A DNA stretch of 64,000 nucleotides. Source: Liolophura sinensis. Taxonomy: Eukaryota. The number at the start of each line of letters is the position of its first letter. Within the stretch, counting starts at the first letter, position 1. The stretch is taken from assembly GCF_032854445.1 (NCBI RefSeq), contig NC_088304.1, positions 22,489,513 through 22,553,512 on the forward strand, read 5' to 3'. Positions 1 through 11,885 of the stretch are shown here, in pieces. The translations under genes and the position numbers were made by a program. The notes beneath the pieces were generated by a model. It was given only the letters and a program-made list of their open reading frames with translations. It had not been told where the DNA came from and searched no databases.

Positions 1-3000
1 TGTGGACTGCTAACTTAATAGACTCAAGTGAGGACACGACAGAGCGCTGTGGACTGCTAACTTAATAGACTGGAGTGGGGACACGACAGAGCGCTGTGGA
101 CTGCTAACTTAATAGACTGGAGTGGGGACACGACAGAGCGCTGTGGACTGCTAACTTAATAGACTGAAGTGAGGACACGACAGAGCGCTGTGGACTGCTA
201 ACTTAATAGACTGGAGTGAGGACACGACAGAGCGCTGTGGACTGCTAACTTAATAGACTGGAGTGGGGACACGACAGAGCGCTGTGGACTGCTAACTTAA
301 TAGACTGGAGTGGGGACACGACAGAGCGCTGTGGACTGCTAACTTAATAGACTGGAGTGAGGACACGACAGAGCGCTGTGGACTGCTAACTTAATAAACT
401 GGAGTGGGGACACGAAAGAGCAATGTTGACTGCTAACTTAATAGACTCAAGTGAGGACACGACAGAGCGCTGTGGACTGCTAACTTAATAGACTGGAGTG
501 AGGACACGACAGAGCGCTGTGGACTGCTAACTTAATAGACTGGAGTGAGGACACGACAGAGCGCTGTGGACTGCTAACTTAATAGACTCAAGTGAGGACA
601 CGACAGAGCGCTGTGGACTGCTAACTTAATAGACTCAAGTGAGGACACGACAGAGCGCTGTGGACTGCTAACTTAATAGACTGGAGTGGGGACACGACAG
701 AGCGCTGTGGACTGCTAACTTGATAAACTGGAGTGGGGACACGAAAGAGCAATGTGGACTGCTAACTTAATAGACTGGAGTGGGGACACGACAGAGCGCT
801 GTGGACTGCTAACTTAATAGACTCAAGTGAGGACACGACAGAGCGCTGTGGACTGCTAACTTAATAGACTGGAGTGGGGACACGAAAGAGCGCTGTGGAC
901 TGCTAACTTAATAGACTCAAGTGAGGACACGAAAGAGCGCTGCGGACTGCTAACTTAATATACTGAAGTGAAGGCATGACCGAAAGAGCGCTGTGGACTG
1001 CTAACTTAATAGACTGAAGTGAAGGAATGATAGAAAAAGCGCTGTGGACTGCTAACTTAATAGACTGGAGTGGGGACACGACAGAGCGCTGTGGACTGCT
1101 AACTTAATAGACTGGAGTGGGGACACGACAGAGCGCAGTGGACTGCTAACTTAATAGACTCAAGTGAGGACACGACAGAGCGCTGTGGACTGCTAACTTA
1201 ATAGACTCAAGTGAGGACACGACAGAGCGCTGTGGACTGCTAACTTAATAGACTGGAGTGGGGACACGACAGAGCGCTGTGGACTGCTAACTTAATAGAC
1301 TGGAGTGGGGACACGACAGAGCGCTGTGGACTGCTAACTTAATAGACTGAAGTGAGGACACGACAGAGCGCTGTGGACTGCTAACTTAATAGACTGGAGT
1401 GAGGACACGACAGAGCGCTGTGGACTGCTAACTTAATAGACTGGAGTGGGGACACGACAGAGCGCTGTGGACTGCTAACTTAATAGACTGGAGTGGGGAC
1501 ACGACAGAGCGCTGTGGACTGCTAACTTAATAGACTGGAGTGAGGACACGACAGAGCGCTGTGGACTGCTAACTTAATAAACTGGAGTGGGGACACGAAA
1601 GAGCAATGTTGACTGCTAACTTAATAGACTCAAGTGAGGACACGACAGAGCGCTGTGGACTGCTAACTTAATAGACTGGAGTGAGGACACGACAGAGCGC
1701 TGTGGACTGCTAAGTTAATAGACTGGAGTGAGGACACGACAGAGCGCTGTGGACTGCTAACTTAATAGACTGGAGTGGGGACACGACAGAGCGCTGTGGA
1801 CTGCTAACTTAATAGACTGGAGTGAGGACACGACAGAGCGCTGTGGACTGCTAACTTAATAGACTGGAGTGGGGACACGACAGAGCGCTGTGGACTGCTA
1901 ACTTAATAGACTGGAGTGGGGACACGACAGAGCGCTGTGGACTGCTAACTTGATAAACTGGAGTGGGGACACGAAAGAGCAATGTGGACTGCTAACTTAA
2001 TAGACTCAAGTGAGGACACGACAAAGCGCTGTGGACTGCTAACTTAATAGACTGGAGTGGGGACACGACAGAGCGCTGTGGACTGCTAACTTAATAGACT
2101 CAAGTGAGGACACGACAGAGCGCTGTGGACTGCTAACTTAATAGACTGGAGTGAGGACACGAAAGAGCGCTGTGGACTGCTAACTTAATAGACTGGAGTG
2201 AGGACACGACAGAGCGCTGTGGACTGCTAACTTAATAGACTGGAGTGGGGACACGACAGAGCGCTGTGGACTGCTAACTTAATAGACTGGAGTGGGGACA
2301 CGACAGAGCGCTGTGGACTGCTAACTTGATAAACTGGAGTGGGGACACGAAAGAGCAATGTGGACTGCTAACTTAATAGACTCAAGTGAGGACACGACAG
2401 AGCGCTGTGGACTGCTAACTTAATAAACTGGAGTGGGGACACGACAGAGCGCTGTGGACTGCTAACTTAATAGACTCAAGTGAGGACACGACAGAGCGCT
2501 GTGGACTGCTAACTTAATAGACTGGAGTGGGGACACGAAAGAGCGCTGTGGACTGCTAACTTAATAGACTGGAGTGGGGACACGAAAGAGCGCTGTGGAC
2601 TGCTAACTTAATAGACTGAAGTGAGGACACGAAAGAGCGCTGTGGACTGCTAACTTAATAGACTGAAGTGAAGGAATGATAGAAAAAGCGCTGTGGACTG
2701 CTAACTTAATAGACTGGAGTGGGGACACGACAGAGCGCTGTGGACTGCTAACTTAATAGACTGGAGTGGGGACACGACAGAGCGCTGTGGACTGCTAACT
2801 TAATAGACTGGAGTGGGGACACGACAGAGCGCTGTGGACTGCTAACTTAATAGACTGGAGTGAGGACACGACAGAGCGCTGTGGACTGCTAACTTAATAG
2901 ACTGGAGTGGGGACACGACAGAGCGCTGTGGACTGCTAACTTAATAGACTGGAGTGAGGACACGACAGAGCGCTGTGGACTGCTAACTTAATAGACTGGA

Positions 3001-4063
3001 GTGGGGACACGACAGAGCGCTGTGGACTGCTAACTTAATAGACTGGAGTGGGGACACGACAGAGCGCTGTGGACTGCTAACTTTAATAGACTGAAGTGAA
3101 GGCATGATCGAAAGATCGCTGTGGACTGCTAATTTTATAGACTGAAGTGAGGACACGAAAGAGCGCTGTGGACTGCTAACTTAATAGACTGGACTGAAGG
3201 CATGATCGAAAGAGCGCTGTGGACCACTAACTGTATGGACTGGAGTGAAGGCATCATCAAAGAGCGCTGTGGACTGCTAACTTAATAGACTCAAGTGAAG
3301 GCATGATCGAAAGAGCGCTGTGGACTGCTAATTTTATAGACTGAAGTGAGGACACGAAAGAGCGCTGTGGACTGCTAACTTAATAGACTGGACTGAAGGC
3401 ATGATCGAAAGAGCGCTGTGGACCACTAACTGTATGGACTGGAGTGAAGGCATCATCAAAGAGCGCTGTGGACTGCTAACTTAATAGACTCAAGTGAAGG
3501 CATGATCGAAAGAGCGCTGTGGACTGCTAACTTAATAGACTCAAGTGAGGACACGAAAGAGCGCTGTGAACCACTAACTTTATGGACTGGAGTGAAGGCA
3601 TGATCAAAAGAGCGCTGTGGACTGCTAACTTAATAGACTGAAGTGAAGGCATGATCGAAAGAGCGCTGTGGACTGCTAACTTTATTGACTGAAGTGAGGA
3701 CACGAAAGAGCGCTGTGGACTGCTAACTTAATAGACTGAAGTGAAGGCATGATCGAAAGAGCGCTGTGGACCACTAACTTTATGGACTGGAGTGAAGGCA
3801 TGATCAAAAGAGCGCTGTGGACTGCTAACTTAATAGACTGAAGTGAAGGCATGATCGAAAGAGCGCTGTGGACTGCTAACTTTATTGACTGAAGTGAGGA
3901 CACGAAAGAGCGCTGTGGACTGCTAACTTAATAGACTCAAGTGAAGGCATGATCGAAAGAGCTCTGTGGACCACTAACTTTATGGACTGGAGTGAAGGCA
4001 TGATCAAAAGAGCGCTGTGGACTGCTAACTTAATAGACTGAAGTGAAGGCATGATCGAAAGAG
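1..4063. repeat. Satellite array with a 47-bp unit of about 85 copies. A variant subfamily of about 51 bp (gaagtgaaggcatgatcgaaagagcgc) dominates from about 3060. Higher-order repeats of about 200 bp occur at about 3100-3300 versus 3290-3490, and also in the 400-2400 region.
   Basis: The unit tgtggactgctaacttaatagactggagtggggacacgacagagcgc recurs at positions 1 and 48. Variant units recur in fixed order. The array ends abruptly at 4063. Confidence 0.95.
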
Positions 4064-6892
4064 CGCATATTTAAAGTTAAAATGAACATATCTCGTGAAT
4101 CTAAATATGTTGTACACGCACTATATATGAAAGGGGTTTAGCAAACAATACCGCGTCAGACAACAGATTCGAAATCCCGTCGATACACGTACACAAAGAA
4201 CAGTTTTCATGAGAAAAGCGTTTTCTGCTTGTTAGACATCATTTTAGACATTGTTATCCCTCTTAAAGAATGCCTTTCAAGAGTTTTTTTCCATTTCACA
4301 AGTTTAGGTAGGTAAGCAGTCTTTGTTAGAAGTTAAAAAATCTTTTATCATTAAGTGTTCGCCTAGTGTAAATGACAGCCATCGACTACCACGCCTTTAG
4401 ACCATTCTGTCCACACTTGTGTATTACATTGTTATATATATTTTTATGATTAATATACGTAATGAAGAATATTATTGTTTAACTTTAGACTAAGGGACAC
4501 ATAATTGATTCTGAGTGGCTGGTGTGAGAGATAAGTAAGTTTGGGCTATGTCCAGTCTAAGCTGAATTTTAGGTATGGCAGATTTATTCAAGACTGTAGG
4601 GTTTAACCCAAGAAACCGTATCTCCGCTGTCAGCCAATCAGCAACAATTATGTCTCCATTTAAAGATTAGTACACATGTATTACCCTTTTTGATGTCCCT
4701 CTGTCTATATACCTGTTCCAAACGCTCTTACCTGTTCTGGAGTGTGATTTTTTGTCTAAGTGACCATGCATTCCCGGGTAACATGTCCATATAATGTAAA
4801 TAAACACCAACACGCGCGTTTCTAAGCTGTGTGTATACTTGTATTTAAATCAGTAACGCGTCTCTGCTGAGGCTTTTCAAAATGGTACAATTAATAGTCA
4901 CATTTGTACTTTCTGCTGGTTTAAATTACCATATTCTTTATATCGAAAAACATATTGTTATTCAGAAACGCACACATAGCTTATACATGCACATTACATT
5001 CTATTGCACTTGGTAATCCTACTACGTGATAGCCTGCATGCGCGCAGACAGCAGCTTGCACTTGAATTGCACACATGCAGTGAGGGGAACTTTACCTCAT
5101 TTAATAAGTAACATTTGTAGGGGTGTCATTTATAGTCAGGTAAAGCAACTAGGCTCTATTAGTCACATTGTGACTTAGTGATAGGATACGCAAATGTATG
5201 GTGTCAACAATCCTCATATTGGGCGAGGCGTCATATATTTACATATCCTATCACTGAGTCACCATGCATCGAATTTCTCTTAAAAAGACCGATCTGTTCA
5301 GTGCAGAAGACCGATGTATAAGTGAATCGCTTCAGCGATGTGACCATTGTCGGACCATAACGAAGGGAGATAACCTTCTCAGCAGACACAATTGACGTCA
5401 TCTGCACGATTCGAGAATGTCTGTACCCGACGTGACCGTTGTTGTCCAATTAAAAGCGGAGTATTTAGTTTGATGCGGGATAAAGCAATAGGCCTATACA
5501 GGACACTGGGGAGAGGACCGTGGTCTAGTGTTTGTATTAGCTTGAGTGAAGCTTCATTAAACGCCGACATGAAGCTACGTCTTTATATCGTCGTTATCAG
5601 ATCATGAAACGTCGCCAAAATCGATGTTTCATCTAATTGAAATAAAATACGCTACTGCCAACCTTGCTGCAAGAGGACGTGGTTTGACCCAGTGGAAGAA
5701 CTGGAGTAGATAAATTCCAGCAAACATTACAATAACATAAGTGCGAGCAACACCCATAGATCATGCCTGTACACAAGTTGAGGCCGGAAGACGTGAAGCT
5801 GTGACCAGAGGTTGTAGAACTAAATTCTCATTAGGCCATGACGCTGCTTCTTGTTGATGCTTGAGTTTGGTTTCAAAGAGGAGTGACCCAGATTAACCGA
5901 TCTTGAGCAGGAGTTGTCACCCTTGATCGTCCGACAAGAGAACAATCAGCAAGGGACCAATACTATTTACACTGCATGCGAAGCTCTCTGCGTTCACTTT
6001 ACATGACTGCCACAACAAGCAAATTTTGCACAAAAATCTTGAACAACGCCGAGGTCACTGGGGTCATGAGACAGGAAGTGATGCTTTTGTTTCGTATAAT
6101 ACTATAGGGGATATAAAATAAGAATTTACCAATGGACGGCTACTTCTTCCGAATTATATCAAGCCAATAGGGAAGCGGGATAAAAATGTGTCAGTCAGGG
6201 CAGTCATTTTGCCCGACTCGCCTCACTTGATGTGCAAGTTACAACATAGGGAGTGATCAAGCAAAACGGTGAAAATCGGTAGTATCTACAAAAACTCAAA
6301 TATTTAAATAAATGCTGTCGTTGGATTGTCAAGACTAAAATTTTTAGTCGTTCTAAAATAATAAAATTTGGCTTTATGCTTTATGGACAAGTGGTCCGAC
6401 ATACTGTAGACTGATGACAAAGAAATGTCTTTCTTTTTATGACAGGAAATATAAATATAACATAAATGGTGATTGGCTATCTCCGTGGTAGCTATTTCGT
6501 GGTCAGAGTTAGTGCTACCAGTGAGAAGCTCGTATTTATTTATTTTCGGGTGGTGGTTGAAAGCAACCGCTTTTGTCATTGGCTGATGCAAGAACGAGCT
6601 GCCGGAAGGGTATCAAAAGGCAAAAATGGTCGAGATTCATCTCAAACCACGTACGGAGTTTAAGTTTTTTATTTGGAACGATTCAACAATTTTTTTAGCT
6701 AGTCCCTTCTAGCATCCGTACATATCCGGTAATAAATAAAGGTCGCATTGTAGCATTTGTCCTAATCGCGAAAATGGACGGGAGTGTGTAAAGGTGCATA
6801 AAATGAGTCTTGTGTGTCCTATTTGTATCCATTCTTAGGTATATATGTGAACGTGCCCGGGCATATGCAGTTACGTGGGTTATGATAAGAGG

Positions 6893-7060
6893 GGCGTAAA
6901 ACTGAAAAGCATAACAAATTGGCACATTCAGAAATAAGGCACAACAAACCCACACATTCAGAAATAAGGCGCAACAAACCGACACATTCAGAAATAAGAC
7001 ACAACAAACCGGCACATTCAGAAATAAGGCAAAAAACCGGCCCATTCCGAAATATGCTGC
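6893..7060. repeat. Tandem repeat of about 30 bp in about 5 copies (cacattcagaaataaggcRcaacaaaccSa).
   Basis: Direct repetition is visible in the sequence. Minus-strand ORFs 6695-7157 in the ORF track are artifacts of this array. Confidence 0.85.
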
Positions 7061-7171
7061 AACAAAATACATTGGCTGTATTAAAATGACACAAAACTAA
7101 AGGAGAATACGCAAATTCGCAGACGTAAGACACATACTCCTTACAGCGTATGCTCAATACAATGTCAATAC

Positions 7172-7250
7172 TATCAAATTTGTACAGAAATTTTGAAGAA
7201 CATCAAGGTCACTGGGGTCACGCTGATGAGATTGGAAGTGATGTCAGGAA
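7172..7250. repeat. Dispersed repeat copy of about 75 bp (caaatttgtacagaaattttgaagaacatcaaggtcactggggtcacg...ggaagtgatg). A second copy lies at 6018-6095.
   Basis: Both copies are visible in the sequence. The 7172 copy sits about 50 bp upstream of the candidate first exon of the astakine-like gene. Confidence 0.6.
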
Positions 7251-7278
7251 CCTCCCCCCCCCCCCCCCCCAAAAAAAA
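7243..7278. repeat. Homopolymer tract C20 followed by A9.
   Basis: cctcccccccccccccccccaaaaaaaaac. Confidence 0.9.
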
Positions 7279-7303
7279 ACTCTGTCTTAACGCTTGTTTT
7301 TAA

Positions 7304-7402
7304 ATGGACACCAGTGGTGACGATTCTAAGTCCAAGCAAGCCTACGTGCATCACACAGGCCCCAGAGGTCAAGCTTGTCTAGTTGTGGCAGTGCTGCGAA
7401 AG
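7304..7402 (+). CDS. Candidate first coding exon of the prokineticin/astakine-like gene (MDTSGDDSKSKQAYVHHTGPRGQACLVVAVLRK). It ends at a donor AAG|GTGCGT in phase 0, which is compatible with exon A1.
   Basis: The ATG is in Kozak context (taaATGG) and is preceded by an in-frame stop. There is a strong donor at 7403 and its phase matches the acceptor at 7584. There is no classical N-terminal signal peptide, so this call is weak. Confidence 0.2.
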
Positions 7403-7584
7403 GTGCGTAAAGAGGGTTACATATTCTGAAAGGAGTATACGTAAGACAAGGTATTGTCTTGGGAAGGGCTTCTTCAACCTCTGGTTGGTCATTGTTATGT
7501 TGAAGTTTTGCTCCGCCGAGGTCGCAGGGCTAAATATCCCTAATAACGGAGTCTGTTTTCTGTGTTTCTCTTGACGACCGCTAG

Positions 7585-7720
7585 GTGGCCGTGGCAGTGG
7601 GGAAAAGATTTTGTAGTTCGCAAAATGATTGCCTGAAAGGAGAATGCTGTCGTAACAACCAGCTCAGAGGGAAGAGGTCAGTGTATGGAGTATGCGAGCC
7701 ATTGGGTAACGCTGGTTCAA
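7585..7720 (+). CDS. Prokineticin/astakine-like gene, exon A1. It encodes the N-terminal half of domain 1: VAVAVGKRFCSSQNDCLKGECCRNNQLRGKRSVYGVCEPLGNAGS.
   Basis: The acceptor is ...gaccgctag|gtggcc and the donor is ttcaa|gtaagtat (GTAAGT). The cysteine spacing C-x5-C-x4-CC-x12-C-x-PLG matches the prokineticin/Bv8/astakine motif ...C-x5-C-G-x-G-x-CC-x7-R-G-x-R-x-C-x-PLG. Confidence 0.55.
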
Positions 7721-7819
7721 GTAAGTATTAAATTACTCTGACGTCTTAGATATTAATCTGCATTTCAACCAGTCGGCGGCAAGTGTTAACGCCATAAGGA
7801 AATAACTATGTACTGACAA

Positions 7820-8262
7820 CAAGACAATGTATATGGAAAGACGGAATTATGTATGGAAACAAGGGATTATATATGGAACAAGGATTTATTTATTTATTTT
7901 ATTTATGTGATTGTTGTTTTACGCCGAACTCAAGAATATTTCACTTATACGACGGCGGCCAGAACCCGGGGCGGAAACCCACGACCATCCGCAGGTTGCT
8001 GACAGACCTTCCCATGTACGGCCGGAGAGGAAGCCAGCATGAGCTGGACTTTAACTCACAGCGACCGCATTGGTGTGAGGCTTCTGGGTAATTACGCTGC
8101 GCTAGCGCGCTAATCAACTGAGCCACGGAGGCCCCCGGAACAAGGAATTATGTATGGAACAAGAAATTATGCAAGGGAACAAGGAATTATATATGGAACA
8201 AGGAATTGTGTATGGGAACAAGGAATTATGAATGGAAACAAGGAATTATGAAGGGTCAAGTA
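7820..8262. repeat. Minisatellite of 24 bp (ggaacaaggaattatgtatg)n, interrupted by a SINE insertion at 7876-8141.
   Basis: Repeat units lie on both sides of the SINE. A possible 10-bp target-site duplication (ggaacaagga) flanks the SINE. Confidence 0.7.
7876..8141 (-). mobile_element. tRNA-derived SINE, family A, full length, minus orientation.
   Basis: In minus sense it has a tRNA-like head (ggcctccgtggctcagttgattagcgcgctagcgcagcg...gagttaaagtccagctcatgctgg), a conserved body (ccgtacatgggaaggtctgtcagcaacctgcggatggtcgtgggtttcc) and a (aaat)n tail. Confidence 0.85.
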
Positions 8263-8437
8263 AATGCTGATATAAAAGGCTGATCGCTGGCAAATAGTCA
8301 CACCAAATCGGTGAAATATAGTCTTTTGTCAGTTTGCCTCTGTTAGGCTTGTATTCCAACTGTTCATCTAAAAGCTTAAACAGTATCACCTTCCATGTCC
8401 CTAGCATCATTGATCTTGATCAGAGCGGTCTATGTTC

Positions 8438-8554
8438 CAGATTGTTACCTGAGCCTCTTCCAGGTCTCTGAGGGTGTCTATTCCAGCTGTCCATGTGTTC
8501 GGGGTTTGGAGTGTAAGGGCTCAGGATTAGTTGAAGTCCCTTACGGGGAAATGG
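8438..8554 (+). CDS. Prokineticin/astakine-like gene, exon B1. It encodes the C-terminal half of domain 1: (N)CYLSLFQVSEGVYSSCPCVRGLECKGSGLVEVPYGEM(G).
   Basis: The acceptor is gttccag|at and the donor is aaatgg|gtaagtgg. The exon enters and leaves in phase 1. It contains the CPC...L.C motif of the colipase fold. At 117 nt it is the same length as paralogous exon B2. Confidence 0.55.
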
Positions 8555-8647
8555 GTAAGTGGATGACACTGACACAATTACGCCACTAGTACATAAAGCT
8601 ACACGTGCTAGAATGTTCTTATTTTGTATATGTAGGGATTCTGTGCC

Positions 8648-8832
8648 CGAGTGGTCTATGTGCTATCGCAGCACAATGACCCAAGGAGCCTCTCACCAAT
8701 GAGGGCGCTTGTGAGTTCAAGTCAAGCTGACGCTGGCGTTATTTTCGGTCGTAGGGCCTACGTCGGAAGGTCAGTCTGCAACCTGCGGATGGTCGTCGGT
8801 TTTCCCCGTACCCTTCCCAGTTTCCTCCCACC
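8648..8832 (+). mobile_element. Diverged, partial SINE family A copy.
   Basis: Body similarity: gacccaaggagcctctcaccaatg...ctgcaacctgcggatggtcgtcggttttcc...cctcccaccatta. Confidence 0.6.
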
Positions 8833-10051
8833 ATTAGGCTGACCTCTGCGGTATCAGTGATACAATCTTGACAAAGGCGTAACAAACCATTCGTAGAAAT
8901 AAATGGATAAATAAATAACTAAATAATAACTAAATATGTATGACCCTTAAGGCATCATAGTGTTGGCGCCTATTGTCAGCCTGGTTAAACGCTTCCTGCT
9001 TTGTTTTTTTTTACTGGAGAACGTTTTTTATGCCAGGAACATTGCTGACGGGCGGTTCATGTCAGGATACACAGAATACACGATGTTGTCAAATATAGTC
9101 ACTGCAGTTTAGGTTTGAATGTGCCAGCAAAGCTTAAGCTTTATGTAGACTGAAATCGACCTTAAGAATAGTTTTTTTAACAATGAAAATTTTGTTTTTG
9201 TTTTCCCTTAGAATACGCCATTGCAACTTTGCAGTCAGGGTTCCCTGTAAAGATGCATATAGCATGGGCCTATCTGGAAGGTCAATATGGCGTTATAATG
9301 GATTAACCTATTTATCCTTACCGCCTTGTGACACCATTGCATAAATACATGTACATCGACCACGAGATTGATCTTCATATGCCGTTTGTCACCAAAGTGG
9401 AGATGAAACCAGAATAGGCTAACCCTGAGCTATAAACAAAACAACAACAACCACAAAATAAACAAACAAACAAACATTGATGCATCCAAGGCGGAGATTA
9501 GTACAACTCTTACTTAAACTGTGCTTAGTGAATCTCACCTTTTGCTCTGAGATTATCTGCATATATTTTGATGCATGCACAACTCATACAGATTAACAAG
9601 ACAGGCACTTCCTCTGGTTATGACGAATGTTTCTAACATGACTGTTTACAGACGTTGTACTGACATTAAATCTGAATATTTATTCACAGAGATAATGTGT
9701 TTAAAATATTTTACCCCACGTGGAACATTACGTGCACCTCTTTCATTTGCTCGCCACGGTTGACTGAGCACCGAAGAGTCACATGACATTTTGAGTCATA
9801 CTTGCTGACGGGCCAAACCTGTCATGTGATTTTCCTTGCATAACGGATTTCCTTTATCACAGATGACGTTTAGTTTATCAACAATGACCCCGCGCTTGGA
9901 TTTTTCAGACAAAAATTCCTACAAATGTTACTTTCAATTGAGTTATTTGAAAAAGCTTGAATGCATGCTCGACATTTTAACAAAAATCAACCAAGAATTA
10001 CATACAGCCATGTACACTGGATAGAATTGCCATTTTAACCGTTGCAAGATG

Positions 10052-10320
10052 CAGCTAGGTCCTCCATGGCCCAGTGAATAGAGTGCTAGCTGAGCACAGT
10101 GACACAGTGCCTCTCTTGATGAATTTAGAGTCCAGCTTATACTGGCTTCCTCTCTGGTCATAAATGGGGAAAGTCTGCCAGTAACTTGCGAATGGTGGTG
10201 GGGTGCCTCCGGGCACATTCCGGTTTCTCCCCACCAGAATTCTGGCCACCATCGTATAAGTTAAATATTCTTGAGTACGGCGTGAAATAAATGAAATAAA
10301 TAAATGCAGTATGCTGAATG
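10052..10320 (+). mobile_element. SINE family A, diverged subfamily copy, with a tail ataaatgaaataaataaatg.
   Basis: It shares the body ggtctgccagtaacttgcgaatggtggtgggg...ccaccatcgtataagttaaatattcttgagtacggcgtgaaataaa. The region 10128-10395 including the flank is duplicated at 15086-15345. Confidence 0.7.
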
Positions 10321-10500
10321 AAGGAATGAATAATTATGGATCCCACTCCAGTCATGTGAAATGTTTTTCTTGCACCCAAAAAATACGCTGAAGCTTTTTT
10401 CACACCTCTTTTCATTGTAAAGCCTTAAGATTGACCTTGTGCACAACCCTTGTAATACGCAAGAGATGTAGACCTATGACGTCAACTTTTATGTTGCTAA

Positions 10501-10638
10501 GGAACCTGTGTGAGGCCATCCTGTAAGTCGGCAGCCGATTGCGGACCGGATGAATGCTGTGTTAACCCCAACCGTCCAAGAGGGAAGAAGAAAAGGTCTA
10601 CCGGTTATGTTTGCCAGAGTATGAAAAACATAGGAGAC
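10501..10638 (+). CDS. Prokineticin/astakine-like gene, exon A2. It encodes the N-terminal half of domain 2: (G)TCVRPSCKSAADCGPDECCVNPNRPRGKKKRSTGYVCQSMKNIGD(G).
   Basis: The acceptor is gttgctaag|ga and the donor is gacg|gtaagga. Phase is 1 at both ends and is compatible with B1 and B2. The Cys motif is paralogous to exon A1. Confidence 0.55.
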
Positions 10639-11343
10639 GGTAAGGATTACAAAGGATCAGGACAGATTTTAACGTGGTGAACAATGCCCACCACCGGATA
10701 TTTTAAACAGCGCCTGCATGACCTAGTAGTTAAGGCATCCGTATAATCGGTTCAAGTTTAAAGACGGAAATTGGTAATCTGTCTACTTTTAGGTGTTGGT
10801 GTACTGTCGCTATAGATGGAGTGTCATGTTTAGTGTCATCGATTCGGTATTCCAGTGAGGCAGCACTGGTTTATGGCTAAACTCAGATTCAGAAACAGCA
10901 GGCTGAGAACCCAATGATAGGCTAGATTATCGCCCCTAAAGGATAGACAAGAAAACATGCATGTTTCGGCATAGATATACTTATGTTCCTAAATTGCGCA
11001 ATCGGAGAATTCTGCGCAAATTAATATTTTCGTGTAGGATTTAAACATTACAAACAGTGTAAATTTTTACAGCTTATATAATATGATCGAAGTAAACCAT
11101 TTGTACAGAGATGGCTGAAGATATAGGCTAAATCATTTTTACAATATCTAAGACTAAAAGAAAAGAAAATTTTAGAAGCTTTGCAAACCTAGACAGTTAA
11201 GCTATATCTGTAAAGATCTTTGTGCACAATAAAGACAACGCGACTCAAACAATAAACCATTTGCTTTTAACGTGTCCAAAACAAAATCCAAGTGTAACCT
11301 CAACCAAATAGACACCATTTTACACAGATCATAGGGAGAATAG

Positions 11344-11490
11344 TATATGAATCAACGGCTGAGGATGCTCTACCCACGACAGACCATTCGAATCTGTCGT
11401 AACCTGTGGATGGTTGTGGGTTCCCCCAGGCTTTGCACGGTTTCCTTGCGCCATAATTCTGGCCGCCTTACAGCCAGATAAGTAAATAAA
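11344..11490 (+). mobile_element. SINE family A fragment covering body and tail.
   Basis: aacctgtggatggttgtgggttcccccaggctttgcacggtttcc...ccataattctggccgcc...taaataaataatcaaa. Confidence 0.6.
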
Positions 11491-11768
11491 TAATCAAACC
11501 CGATCTGCAAGACTTTACAGTTTACAGACACTGGTACGTAATTCTGGGGACCTCTGCGCGAGAAGAGTAGACTGAGGGAAATCCGGCTGTCCCGTGTATT
11601 TTTGCCAAATGCTGTCTACATGTACTCACGCAGAGAACAACGTCGCAACAGGTGAATTAAACTAATAAAGCTGTGTAAAAGAAATAAGGGAATAAAATAA
11701 TCTATTATTCAGAATCCTAGCTGTAATCAATAAATCGATGAAGTCTTGACTGATTTCTTCGCTTGCAG

Positions 11769-11885
11769 GTTGTTTGGTAAGTTACGGATCCGGAGTTCCG
11801 TCATCGGTTGGGTTCATGTGTCCCTGCAAAGCCGGTCTTACCTGTACTCCGAGTGGCTACTCAGACATGCCCCTGGGACCCATGG
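11769..11885 (+). CDS. Prokineticin/astakine-like gene, exon B2. It encodes the C-terminal half of domain 2: (G)CLVSYGSGVPSSVGFMCPCKAGLTCTPSGYSDMPLGPM(G).
   Basis: The acceptor is cgcttgcag|gt and the donor is cccatgg|gtaagtggcc. The exon is 117 nt and contains the CPC motif. Its last 30 nt plus the donor are the seed of the downstream 78-bp satellite. Confidence 0.55.

Noticed and set aside
3682-3903. A 73-aa ORF.
   Set aside because: It lies inside the 47/51-bp satellite and its repeating peptide equals the repeat unit.
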